Of a stretch of 34,027 bases of DNA, positions 1-10,900 are shown piece by piece. A program made the translations under genes and the position numbers. Numbering within the stretch: the first letter of the stretch is position 1; the number at the start of each line of letters is the position of its first letter. The notes beneath the pieces were generated by a model. That model was not told where the DNA came from and made no database searches. It saw only the letters and a list, made by a program, of their open reading frames with translations. Source of the stretch: Catajapyx aquilonaris (taxonomy: Eukaryota); assembly GCA_000934665.2 (NCBI GenBank), contig JYFJ02004191.1, positions 1 to 34,027 on the forward strand. Reading direction: 5' to 3'.

Positions 1-148
1 TAGTTGCGTGGCTCTTTATTACGCAAACAAACCAGAATTGTTACACCCTTCCAGTGCCTACATAATTATGCAAGGGAATGAGCAGTTTTGCATTTAATAT
101 TGCTTGAGATCTAAGATTTCGTCGGTGTAATTATCCACGCTCTTTTTT

Positions 149-178
149 CCCCGTGCGAAGAACGGGTACCGCTGCTAG
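149..178 (+). mobile_element. Helitron-like 3' terminus (hairpin plus CTAG)
   Basis: Short hairpin cccgtgcgaagaacggg followed a few nt later by CTAG|T (175-179), the typical Helitron 3' end. The 5' end was not identified. Confidence 0.5.
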
Positions 179-947
179 TATTACAATATTATGAAAGTAA
201 CATGGACCAAAAGTTATGATTCTATCTCGCATTATGGACTTTCATGTGCATTTTGAGTTCAGTTCTTCTGGCAAATTGCTTTCCACACACCGAACATGTG
301 CAAGACATCAAAGCATGGTGAACTGCAATTAGATGGGACTTGAGGTTGAACTTGCGAGCAAATTCTAGTGAACAAAAGTCACAAGCATATGGTCTCTCTC
401 CTTGGTGAGAGGATTTTACGTGCCTATTCAGGTCGGGCTTGGCAGCATATTTCATAGAGCAGTGGCGACACACATAGGGTTTCTCCCCAGTGTGACTTCT
501 CAAATGGCAGATCATTACACTCCTTGACGCAGCTTTGTAGGAACAAAAAGTGCAATTACGCCCAGCATTATTCCTTGCAAGTGCTATTTACTCCTCCCTC
601 TTTCAGAGAGTGTTTTACTCTCAGTTGATATGGTCTCAGTCTTGTTTCCTTCCCCACCCTGGGATATCTCTTCATTAGCATCTCTGCTTCCTCGATTCTT
701 TGTCTGGTTCTTGTCATCATCTGCAACTCTTTCATGTGACTTCTCACATGGTTCTAGTTCCCATTCCATCATGGGTTTCACTTGTTCCGCGTCCCCATCT
801 AACATGCCAGTCTTCCAGTCCTCCTTTGAACAGAAAAAAAAAGTGCAAAAATTTACATATTGCAGTCCACATTATTGAGACTCCATGGTTAGAAGAAAGT
901 TTCGTATAACTGCAAGTTTTTAGCATATTTATAAAACATTACATAAT

Positions 948-1250
948 AAACCAGAGAAGACAATGCAAAGAAAAGCCACCTGAGTCTCAAAATGCTCGTC
1001 CGCTTCTTCCGAATACACAATGGTCACTCTGGGAAGGACCAAGCCGATATCTGGACATGTCTTTTGTGGATCATTGTTTTTTTCCAGATTCTTCCACTTC
1101 TATTGCATTATCCTCCACATCATCACAATCATCCCTGCAGTCATAACCTGAAATGATCAGAAAACATTCGTAAACATTCCTGAGAACTTCAATGATGCAA
1201 CTCTCAACTGACTTGTGGCTCCTTCACCAGTGACTACTGTGCTGTCACTA
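948..1250. repeat. Internal duplication of gene A exon 3 end plus exon 4; partner at about 2525-2825
   Basis: Near-identical sequence in both copies, from aaaccagagaagacaat to gtgactactgtgctgtca. Confidence 0.9.
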
Positions 1251-2020
1251 TAATCAATGACACCAGGGGCCTCTTCCACATATATTTTTTTAAACTGTTG
1301 CAACTTGCGTGATCGTTTCTTGGATCGCATCCCTGACAGACGCATGATGAATAATGACTGTCAACAATATGTACGTTAATGAGATCCTCTATTATGTGGC
1401 ATACTAAAATGCAAACTCAGTGCAATGAGTGTCAGTTATCCTTACAAAAGCATGTTTTCCTGCAGAGCGTGTCTTTTTGGCTGTTTTGCTATCACAGGCA
1501 CGGTCCCACAGCAAGTTGGGGTAGGCATCTGAGAGAGCGTAACCTAAGTCTTCATAATCCCATCTAGTTCCTGCTGTAGAACCGCCTTCAATGAGATTAT
1601 TTTCACTAAGGGAGAATAACCACAGATCATTAGCATTTCATCATCTGCAAATCGCCTTGTTTCCCATCGCATCTTTTACTAACTCTAAATAATCAATCAG
1701 CTGATTTCGCAGCTCTCTGCTCAAACGTGCTTGCTCCTCCTTGGTCATATCTGTCCCCTGGAGCAGCGGCTGGACACTGCAGCTGAATTCAGGGAGAGAA
1801 AAAGGCTGCCTTCTTCGTTTTATTCCCCTCTTCACTAGCTTATCGTTACTGTTACTTTCTTCTCCAGCTGTTGCTTCCACTTCTGCGGCTGTTAACTGCA
1901 ATATGGTATTAGTTCAATAAATAAGACTGCATTGGAAGACATACATGTGGAAAGAAGCCCTTCCTTATTTTAATCTTCAGCAGTATGTTTCGCAAAATCC
2001 ATTGTTTGCACAATCACATA

Positions 2021-2227
2021 CAGGGTGGTCCAAGTTCAAGTGTCGTTTTATAACGGTGATTAATAGAAGCGCTTAACGATGACGTAGCAGAGACGTGTAA
2101 AATTGCCCACTTCGATTGCGCCGAAGATGCGCCGAAGTGGGACATTTTTCGCGTCGCTGCTACGTCATCGCAAAATCACTGCTATTAATCGCCGTTATAA
2201 AACGACACTTGAACTTGGACCACCCTG
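2021..2227. mobile_element. Tc1/mariner-type MITE in a gene A intron
   Basis: TIRs cagggtggtccaagttcaagtgtcgttttataacgg / ccgttataaaacgacacttgaacttggaccaccctg, flanked by TA on both sides. The interior is also largely palindromic. Confidence 0.88.
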
Positions 2228-3599
2228 TACAATATTTCCTTACTAACTTTGTAATGCCACTGTGGCCATGGCAATAGTAAGTACTTTGAGTTTACAACGA
2301 AAGTGTGTGGGCAGCTCCCAACGCAAAAGGAATTGTAAGATTTGACAAATTTCTTAACATACAAAGGTATGCAAATAATTAAGAACACATCACTTTTCAT
2401 GACAACAATTGATTGAATTTTGCAAAACGCTGGTACCTGACTGGCATAACCTGACAAAACAATATCATTGACACAAATCTTCACGTCTTTTACTACAGCT
2501 GACACAATGGCCCTAGTTACATAATAAACCAGAGAAGACAATCCAAAGAAAAGCCACCTGAGTCTCAAAATGCTCATCCGCTTCTTCCGAATGCACAATG
2601 GTCACTCTGGGAAAGACCAAGCCGACATCTGGACATGTCTTTTGTGGATCATTGTTTATTCCAGATTCTGCCACTTCTGTTGCATTATCCTCCACATCAT
2701 CACAATCATCCCTGCAGTCATAACCTGAAATGATCAGAAAACATTAGTAAACATTCCTGAGCACTTCAATGATGCAACTCTCAGCTGACTTGTGGTGCCT
2801 TCCCCAGTGACTACTGTGCTGTCAGGATCTTCATCAACCAATCCTTGAATCTGCAATGGGCACAACTTTAATGTAATTTAACTTCCAGATAAACATTACC
2901 GGCCATTTCCAATTACACATGGAGACATTCAATTTGACTGAATATAAATTACCCTTCCAGCATCACCACACCAATCCAATGATCCCTCTGGTTGGACTTC
3001 ACCTCCAGAAATGACCAGTGATGTCACACTCTCAGGTTGCAGTTCAAGTACTGGTTCCACTTTTATGGCATCATTTGATGGCTCGACAACTTCAGCTGGT
3101 TGGTGCAGTCCACATGGCATATCACTCAGGGATGTAGCAGACTGCGCGGCTGATATGAAAAAAATATTCAAGATGATTAAGAAATTGCTGTAACAGCTGT
3201 TAAAAGGTACAGTGTTTTTCATCTCAAATTGTTTGGCACTCACCGTCATACCCGTTTCCTCCCCTGGCACTGATCAGCTCCTCCAGCAGCCTCTCCACCA
3301 TCCTCTCCAGCCTCCCAATCTTCCTCTCCATGTCCTCCATCTTCCTGTTTCCTTCGTCCAAACACCGCCTGTTTCCAACCACCACATCCATCATTCTCCT
3401 CATCCACACCTGCATGTCTCCTCCTTGGTTCATGCCTGCCCACTGATCACCGAAACACCAAAAAGCGGATCCAAACACGAGGGAACAACACCCCCACGTC
3501 CTTCTGTCCAGGTTGTGGCGGCAAGTAAGGCAAACACGGCTCAAAATCAGACAAAATAAGAAGAAACGAGGTCTACAAAAGGAAAAAGAGGAAAAAGGT

Positions 3600-3698
3600 C
3601 GGCCATCTTGGAAATGTCGGGCGCATTCGAATCGCTGACAGTGCAGCAGTTTTCAAGCGACGATCCGAACGCACCTGATCATATCCAAGATGGCCGCC
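3600..3698. promoter_or_regulatory. Divergent promoter core 1 with inverted YY1/Pho-like motifs
   Basis: cggccatcttgga (3600-3612) and tccaagatggccgcc (3684-3698) point outward toward the ATGs at 3433 (-) and 3792 (+). Confidence 0.6.
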
Positions 3699-3791
3699 GA
3701 ATAATTTCCCCTTCATTTCCTTTTCCCTTTATTTTCTCTTGGAAATAAGTCGGAGTGTCCATTTCCAGTGGCTTCTCTCCAGCTGGACGCC

Positions 3792-5527
3792 ATGGAGGGA
3801 CGCTGGACACCTGGAGGAAGCCAAGGTGTGGACCTGAGGAGCGTGATGATGGCGGTGCTGGACAACAGGGACATCCTGGTCAAGCTGCAGAGGAGTGTGG
3901 ACAGGGTCGAGAGGAGGATGCAGAAGATGGAGGAACTCATGGTCGCCAGTGGGGGTCAGTATGGGGCGGTTAACAATTGGGCAGCTCAGTCAGCAAAAGT
4001 GGTTGGCCAAGAGCAAGATTTTGTCCACATTTTACATGCAAAAAGCCGTAGATTGCAGACTAGTTACTGTACCGCACAATAATACATTGAGTAATTACTG
4101 TCATCGTACTAGCCATGCCCAGAGCTGCGCTGGAGGATATACCATCACGATTGGATCAAGAGGAGGAGTTTCCATGTCATCAGGTAGTGAAACAGGAACT
4201 GGTGGGAGACCATCTGCTGGAAACTGATGAACCGGGTGCAAATGAGCAGGTTAGTCATGGAAGTAAATAGCCCAATTGCAGCGTAAAATGAAGGATGTTT
4301 TTATTGCAGGATGAACGATTATCGAATGAGTTTGTGGACGTGAACGGCACGGAGGCAACACGGAACAGTCAGTTGATTGTTTGTGCATGTGAAATTTCGC
4401 TTGACATTTAATTATTTCTACAGGCTTTGACTACAGAGCTAGTGGTTTCGATGCTGGAGGCGAGGCAGAAATTCAAGCGGGACCTGTCATCATGCAAGTT
4501 ACGTCGGCGGTTAATTCGGATTCTATCTCATTGCCGTCTAACAGAATCACGGGACAGGAAGAAGCGGAAGCATATTTGGAAACTCAGGTATTACTTGCAG
4601 CATGTTAGCTTTTATTCCAGTTGCCTTGCACTTCAAACAGCAAGAGATTTGTTCTCAAAAATATTTTCCTTGCTGAAATCATAACTGCCCATTTCATTAC
4701 TTTTGTAGGGATCGCAGGTGCAAGACGTCAAGAGTGAAAATGTATCCCTGCAGTGTAAGGTGTGCTCCAAGATGTTTTCTCATCAATGGGAACTAGAAGA
4801 ATCTGAGAAGTCACGTGAAAGTGGTGCGGATGGGGACAAGAACAAGTCGAAAAGTCGAGGTAGGAGACATGGTAGTGAAGAGACATCTCAGGACGGGGAA
4901 GGAAACAAGACTGAGGACATATCGACTGAAAGAACAACCCTGGCTGAAGGAAAAAGGAAGAAGACTAAGAAAACACCGTCTGCAAGGAAAAGTGTCCATG
5001 AGTGCACCTTTTGTACCTACATAGCTCCGAAAAAGAGTAAATTGATCTTGCATTTGAGAACTCATACTGGGGAGAAACCCTATTCATGTAAACTATGCGC
5101 TCTGAAATACACTTCCCAACGTTCATTGACAAAGCATGTAAAAGCCATTCACCTGCGAGAGAAACCACATGCTTGCATCCACTGCACTAGGAAGTTTTTT
5201 AACAAAGACAAATTGATGCGCCATGTAAAATCAGTTCACCTTGACGAAAGACCATTTGAATGTAGCAGTTGCCCTCTGAAATTTTCTGAGAAGAGTGGCT
5301 TGACGAGGCATGTAAAATCATCTCACCAGCGAGAGAAACAATATGCTTGTGAATTTTGTTCTCGGAAATTTGCTCGCAAATCTAGCCTGCAGTGTCATCT
5401 AAATGCAGTACACCTTGAATTGAAACCGTTCACCTGTTCATTGTGTGAAAATAAGTTTTCCCAAAAATCCTATCTCAATTTCCACATGAAGAAGGTTCAT
5501 AACCGGGGAGAAAAACGTAGCTTTTAG
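3792..5527 (+). CDS. Coiled-coil + 6x C2H2 zinc-finger protein (gene 1), about 446 aa, 5 exons
   Basis: Exons 3792-3954, 4113-4249, 4310-4367, 4424-4587, 4709-5527. All introns are GT-AG with phases 1,0,1,0, totalling 1341 nt. N-terminus MEGRWTPGGSQGVDLRSVMMAVLDNRDILVKLQRSVDRVERRMQKMEEL, an acidic linker with VKQE, then the finger array with HTGEKPY. Confidence 0.88.
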
Positions 5528-6016
5528 TAGGTGTTTTTTTACCGTAATAATACCAGGTAATGCACTCCGTACTTTACATACCGTACTTTCCCGCATGGAA
5601 TATACTGAATCCAATAGTAGTACCTACAATGTGCGCTGGTACAACAGTGTCGTCTAATTGCTTCATCTGGGTTTCATTGATGGAATAAAACTGAGGAAAG
5701 GACATGTTCCAATTGAAATTACTCCTTTGGGTACTGATTTATTGTCATTAAACTGATTATTGGTATTCAGTTTTTTATTAAAATATATTTTGTAGCTATC
5801 AAAAGGCTGCACAGACCCTTCTCCTTTCGATGCTGGGCCGTGTGTCTGGCCTCCAAAGAAAGAATTCAGTGGTTGATACACTGTATTGTATGATTGTTAT
5901 CTGTACTGCGTAATAGCCTTCGATTAATTTTTTGTACTCTTTATAATTATGATCTGATTAAATATGTGTTTTCAAGACTGGAATGGACTTGATATGTTCT
6001 CCTGTTTAATTGCATT

Positions 6017-6066
6017 AATTTTTATTTCCATTCAAATATACCTATATTTGAATGGAAATAAAAATT
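6017..6066. repeat. Perfect AT-rich hairpin (24-bp stem, 2-nt loop)
   Basis: aatttttatttccattcaaatata-cc-tatatttgaatggaaataaaaatt. Confidence 0.85.
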
Positions 6067-6436
6067 GATTAAATACCTATTTAATCAACTAGATTTATTT
6101 ACATTTGTAGTGGTCATGTATTGTTTGATCTATTTTTTTACTATTACTTTTCAGACACGCACATAGTCTACTCGCATTTTCTCAATTCCTGATGCTTGCT
6201 GTAGAGATGAGATGGTGTAGTGTGACTACTACTGTTTAACTGTAATGCACTGTACACGAACATGTTTTGGCAGCCTCCACGTGAACACTTCCATTTTAAG
6301 TGATTTATTATTTTTATTTTTACAAGCCACATTAAAAAAAATATTGAGATGAGATGATTACAAGCAAATAATGAGGATTCGGGATTTTTAAATGCCTGGT
6401 ATTACAATATTATCAAAATAACATTGACCAATGATT

Positions 6437-7523
6437 CTATCTCACATTATGGACTTCCATGTGCCTTGTGAGTATGGCACTCTTGGGAAATTGCCTTCCA
6501 CACACCGAACAGACGTACGGTTGCATTCCAAGGTGAATGGCATTTAGATGACGCTTCAGGTTGCTCTTATGAGCAAATGTTTGAGGACAAAAGTCGCATG
6601 CATAGGGTTTCTCCCCAGTGTGAGTTCTTATATGGGTCATCAATTTACTATTTGACGCAGCTTTGTATGAACAAAAGGTGCAAATATTATGCACAGGATT
6701 ATTCACTGCAGATGGTATATTCATAGTCTTCTTTTCTTGCTTCTTTCTCTCTCCTTCAGCCAGGGTTTTACTCTCAGGTGATATGTTCTCAGTCTTGTTT
6801 CCTTCCCGGTCCTCGGATGTCTCTTCCTTGTCCTCATCAAAAATTCCGACCTTCCAGTCCTCCTTTGAACAGAAGAAAAGTGCAAAAAATTACATACCGC
6901 AGTCCGCAATTTCTTTGCGACTACATAGTTGGAAGAAAGCTGTATATATCGACAAGTTTTAACCTGTATTCATGAAGCATTTTTATAAAACTGAGGACGC
7001 AATTATTAAAAGGGAAGCTACCTGAGTCTCAAAATGCTTGTCCGGTTCTTCCGAATGCACAATGGTCACTTTGGGACGGGACGGGCCGACATCACCAGAT
7101 AAGACCTGAAATGTCACGCTCTCGGGTTGCGGTTCAAGTTCTGGTTCCACTTTTACGGCATCATTTGATGGCTCGACAACTTCAGCTGGTTGGTGCAGTC
7201 CACATGGCATATCACTCTGGGATGTAGCAGACTGCGCGGCTGATATGAAACAAATATGCAGGGTGATTAAGAAATTGCTGTAACAGCTGTTAAAAGGTAC
7301 AGTGTTTTTCATCTCAAATTGTTTGGCACTCACCGTCATACCCGTTTCCTCCCCTGGCACTGATCAGCTCCTCCAGCAGCCTCTCAACCATCCTCTCCAG
7401 CTTCCTAATCTTCCTCTCCATGTTGTCCATCTTCCTGTTTCCTTCGTCCAAACACCGCCTGTTTCCAACCACCACATCCATCATGCTCCTCATCCACACC
7501 TGCATGTCTCCTCCTTGGTTCAT
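6437..7523 (-). CDS. Coiled-coil + 3x C2H2 zinc-finger protein (gene B), about 277 aa, 3 exons
   Basis: Exons 7523-7334, 7239-7022, 6862-6437, all GT-AG and in frame (834 nt). Paralog of gene A. Confidence 0.85.
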
Positions 7524-7680
7524 GCCTGCCCACTGATCACCCAAACACCAAAAAGCGGATCCAAACACGAGGGAACAACACCTCTACGTCCTTCTGTCCA
7601 GGTTGTGGCTGCAGGTGAGGCAAACCCGGCTCAAAATCAGTCAAAATAAGAAGAAACGAGGTCTACAGAAAGGAAAAGAG

Positions 7681-7783
7681 GGCGGCCATCTTGGATATGC
7701 TCCGGGCGCATTCGAATCACTGACAGTGGAGCAGTTTTCAAGCGACGATCTGAACGCACCTGATCATATCCAAGATGGCCGCC
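7681..7783. promoter_or_regulatory. Divergent promoter core 2 with a perfect 19-bp inverted repeat containing YY1/Pho-like motifs
   Basis: ggcggccatcttggatatg (7681-7699) and catatccaagatggccgcc (7765-7783), between the ATGs at 7523 (-) and 7877 (+). Confidence 0.6.
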
Positions 7784-7876
7784 AAATAATTTCACCTTCA
7801 TTTCCTTTTCCCTTTATTTTCTCTTGGAAATAAGTCAAAGTGTCCATTTCCAGCGGCTTCTCTCCAGCTGGACACC

Positions 7877-10747
7877 ATGGAGGGACGCTGGACACCTGGA
7901 GGCAGCCAAGGTGTGGACCTGAGGAGCGTGATGATGGCGGTGCTGGACAACAGGGACATCCTGGTCAAGCTGCAGAGGAGTGTGGACAGGGTCGAGAGGA
8001 GGATGCAGAAGATGGAGGAACTCATGGTCGCCAGTGGGGGTCAGTATGGGGCGGTTAACAATTGGGCAGCTCAGTCAGCAAAAGTGGTTGGCCAAGAGCA
8101 AGATTTTGTCCACATTTTACATGCAAAGAGACATAGTTACTGTACCGCACATTGATAAATTGAGTAATTGCTGTCATTGTACTAGCCGTGCCCAGAGCTG
8201 AGCTGGAGGATCTACCGTCCCAACTGGATCAACAAGAGGGATATCCATGTCTTCCGGTAGTGAAACAGGAACTGGGACATGGTCTGCTGGAAACTGATGG
8301 AAATGATGAACAAATTGCAACTGACCAGGTTAGTTACGGATGTTAATTTAAATATTGCAGTGTAAAATGAATGATCGTTACATTCCAGGATGACGGATTG
8401 GCGAATGAGTCTGTAGACACCGGATGCATGGAGACGACAAGTAACAGTCAGTTAATTGAAACTTGTGCGTATGAATTTTCTGTTGACGTTTCATTACTTC
8501 CACTGGCTTTGACTGTGACGACACTGAAGAAAACGAGGGGGAAATTCCAGAGGGACCTATCATCATGCAAGTAACATCAGAGGTTAATGTGGATGCCAGC
8601 TCATCGCCTTCTAACAAAATGCTAGAGCAGGAAGAGGCGGAAGCATATATGGAAACTCAGGTAATATTTGCGGTGAGTTTACTTTAAATTCAAATGATGT
8701 TTTGTGCTTGATTAACTTCCACTTAGTGCTTAGTAAGCTGTGGTACGATAAATTTATAATGTAATATGTTCCTAATAATATTACAGTAAAAGGTGAAGCT
8801 ACCATAATATTCTGTTACATAATTTTCATATATTTTTTTTTCCACCTTTGAAATGGTGCATTAGGTGCTACAGATTTTAATGTACTTTTTATTGCTATTG
8901 TAGATGCTTTAATCTTTTGAATTGCAAAATTGTCCACTAAAACTGTCATTATGATGTAAAAATAATTGGTGTACAATGTGGGACTTTACCTATAGTTAAT
9001 AAATTCTCCCTTTATTTTAAACCAAGGGGGACTGGAAGGAAGGCATTTTAAGTACAAGGGAAGAAAATGTTCGTAACAGCGTGAGGAGTGGAGAATCCGT
9101 TGCAGTACAAAGAGTGGCGAGCATAATAATACAGTAGTTAGAAAAAGCAGAAATGTCAATCCTGAGAATGTCGATGAAAATTAATTGTGATTACTCAGTA
9201 GTTGTTGACTGAAGTATGTAAATTTTTGCACATTTCATATACTCAAAGGAGGACTGGAAGTTCGGCACATTAGATTGGGATGAGGAACATGTGGCAACCA
9301 GTATGGAAGAAGAAGCGACCCTGCAAAGGAATGTATGTCAACTATTTTTTGAACATTCAAAACGAAGATCATGGCCTCTTTGAAGAATTTTCAGGCATTA
9401 TGCGACTTGCTTCTGGACAATGGGTGATTGTGGCCAATTTTTTTAGTGACATTTTTCACTAACAGTAATTCGAATGAAGGAAAAGGATGATGTGCTACAT
9501 TGCAAAAACCCCCATTTTAAGCGTTGCCACATTGTGCAAATGCCATTGAGCCAGCATTTTTATTGAATATAAGTTATATGCTGCTTTAAAAAATTGGCCA
9601 TCAACTACTACTACTACTACCTTATAAATAAAAATTGTAGGAAGATCATAGTGTGGCCTTGTTAAGTTAAGTTAAGTTAAGAGTAACTATCGAAAGAAAT
9701 TCTAGTCCCACCAAAAATTACCTGCCGGACTGAAAGCTCGATCATTTGTTATGCTCCTATTGCACATGCACAGAGCATTAAACTGGGTTAGAATCGCACA
9801 TGAATGGGGGTTATGCCCATTTATGACAGGTATAGAATCCTATTCCTGAATAGTTCGAACAGCACAGCTCTCGTCTGAGTTTTGTCCTCAATTTTAAAAA
9901 TGCTTTTTATCTTGCTGAAATCATAACTGCCATTTCATTACTTTTGTAGGGATCGCAGGTGCAAGACGTCAAGAGTGAAAATGTATCCCTGCAGTGTAAG
10001 GTGTGCTCCGAGATGTTTTCACTGCAATGGGAACTAGAAGCATGTGAGAAGTCACATGAAAGTGGTGAGGATGGGGACAAGAACAAGTCAGAAAGTCGAG
10101 ATGGTAGTGAAGAGACATCTCAGGACGGGGAAGGAAACAAGACTGAGGACGTATCGACTGAAAGAACAACCCTGGCTGAAGGAAAGAGGAAGACTAAGAA
10201 AACACCGTCTGCAAGGAAAAGTGTCCATGAGTGCACCTTTTGTTCCTACCAAGCTCCGAAAAAGAGTAAATTGATCAAGCATTTGAGAACTCATACTGGG
10301 GAGAAACCCTATTCATGTGAACTATGCGCTCAGAAATACGCTTCCCAAGATTCATTGACGAAGCATGTAAAAGCCATTCACCTGCCAGAGAAACCACATG
10401 CTTGCGTCCACTGCACTATGAGATTTCGTGACAAAGGCAAATTGATGCGCCATGTAAAATATGTTCACCTGAGCGAAAGACCATTTGAATGTAGCAGTTG
10501 CCCTCGGAAATTTACTCAGAAGAGTGGCTTGACGAGTCATATAAAATCATTTCACCAGGGAGAGAAACCATATGCTTGTGAATTTTGTTCCCGGAAATTT
10601 ACTTGCAAAGCCAGCGTGCAGCGTCATTTACAAGCTGTTCATCTTGGATTGAAACCTTACACTTGTTTAGTATGCGGAACTAAGTTTGCCCAGGATGCAA
10701 ATCTCACCGCCCACCTGAAGATCCATAACCGGCGTAGAGCAACGTAG
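7877..10747 (+). CDS. Coiled-coil + 6x C2H2 zinc-finger protein (gene 2)
   Basis: Exons 7877-8039, 8186-8328, 8389-8446, then exon 4 ending at 8660. Its paralogous acceptor reads TG at 8504-8505, with an in-frame CAG available at 8548-8550. Then optional 9027-9116 (GC donor), 9249-9332 and 9950-10747 (finger array). Confidence 0.78.
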
Positions 10748-10900
10748 CCTTGTTAGGCAGGTGTCATTCAGTGATTGATGTGTTATTGTCACTGATCCAA
10801 TTTTGTACTCTTCTAACCTGAGTAAAAAGGTGGATTGGACCTGATATGTTCCTCCTACTGGTGAAATACACTAATTGTTATTTCTATGGTGCATTTTATC

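Larger units (their letters stand above)
222..3433 (-). pseudogene. Coiled-coil + C2H2 zinc-finger gene A (9 exons) with two apparent frameshifts; pseudogene or homopolymer sequencing errors
   Basis: Phase-consistent GT-AG exons: 3433-3244 (MNQGGDMQVWMRRMM...), 3149-2953, 2850-2790, 2724-2558, 1895-1684, 1605-1446, 1357-1213, 1147-980, 823-222. The last exon has 4 C2H2 fingers with an HTGEKPY linker. Exon 1147-980 is 168 nt versus 167 nt in its duplicate (T7 at 1077-1083). A further 1-nt loss near 587-590 gives TAG at 584-586 before the fingers. Confidence 0.7.

Noticed and set aside
3212..3559. His/Pro-rich plus-strand ORF (also 7302-7649)
   Set aside because: It is the antisense reading of the coiled-coil exon of the minus-strand ZF genes.
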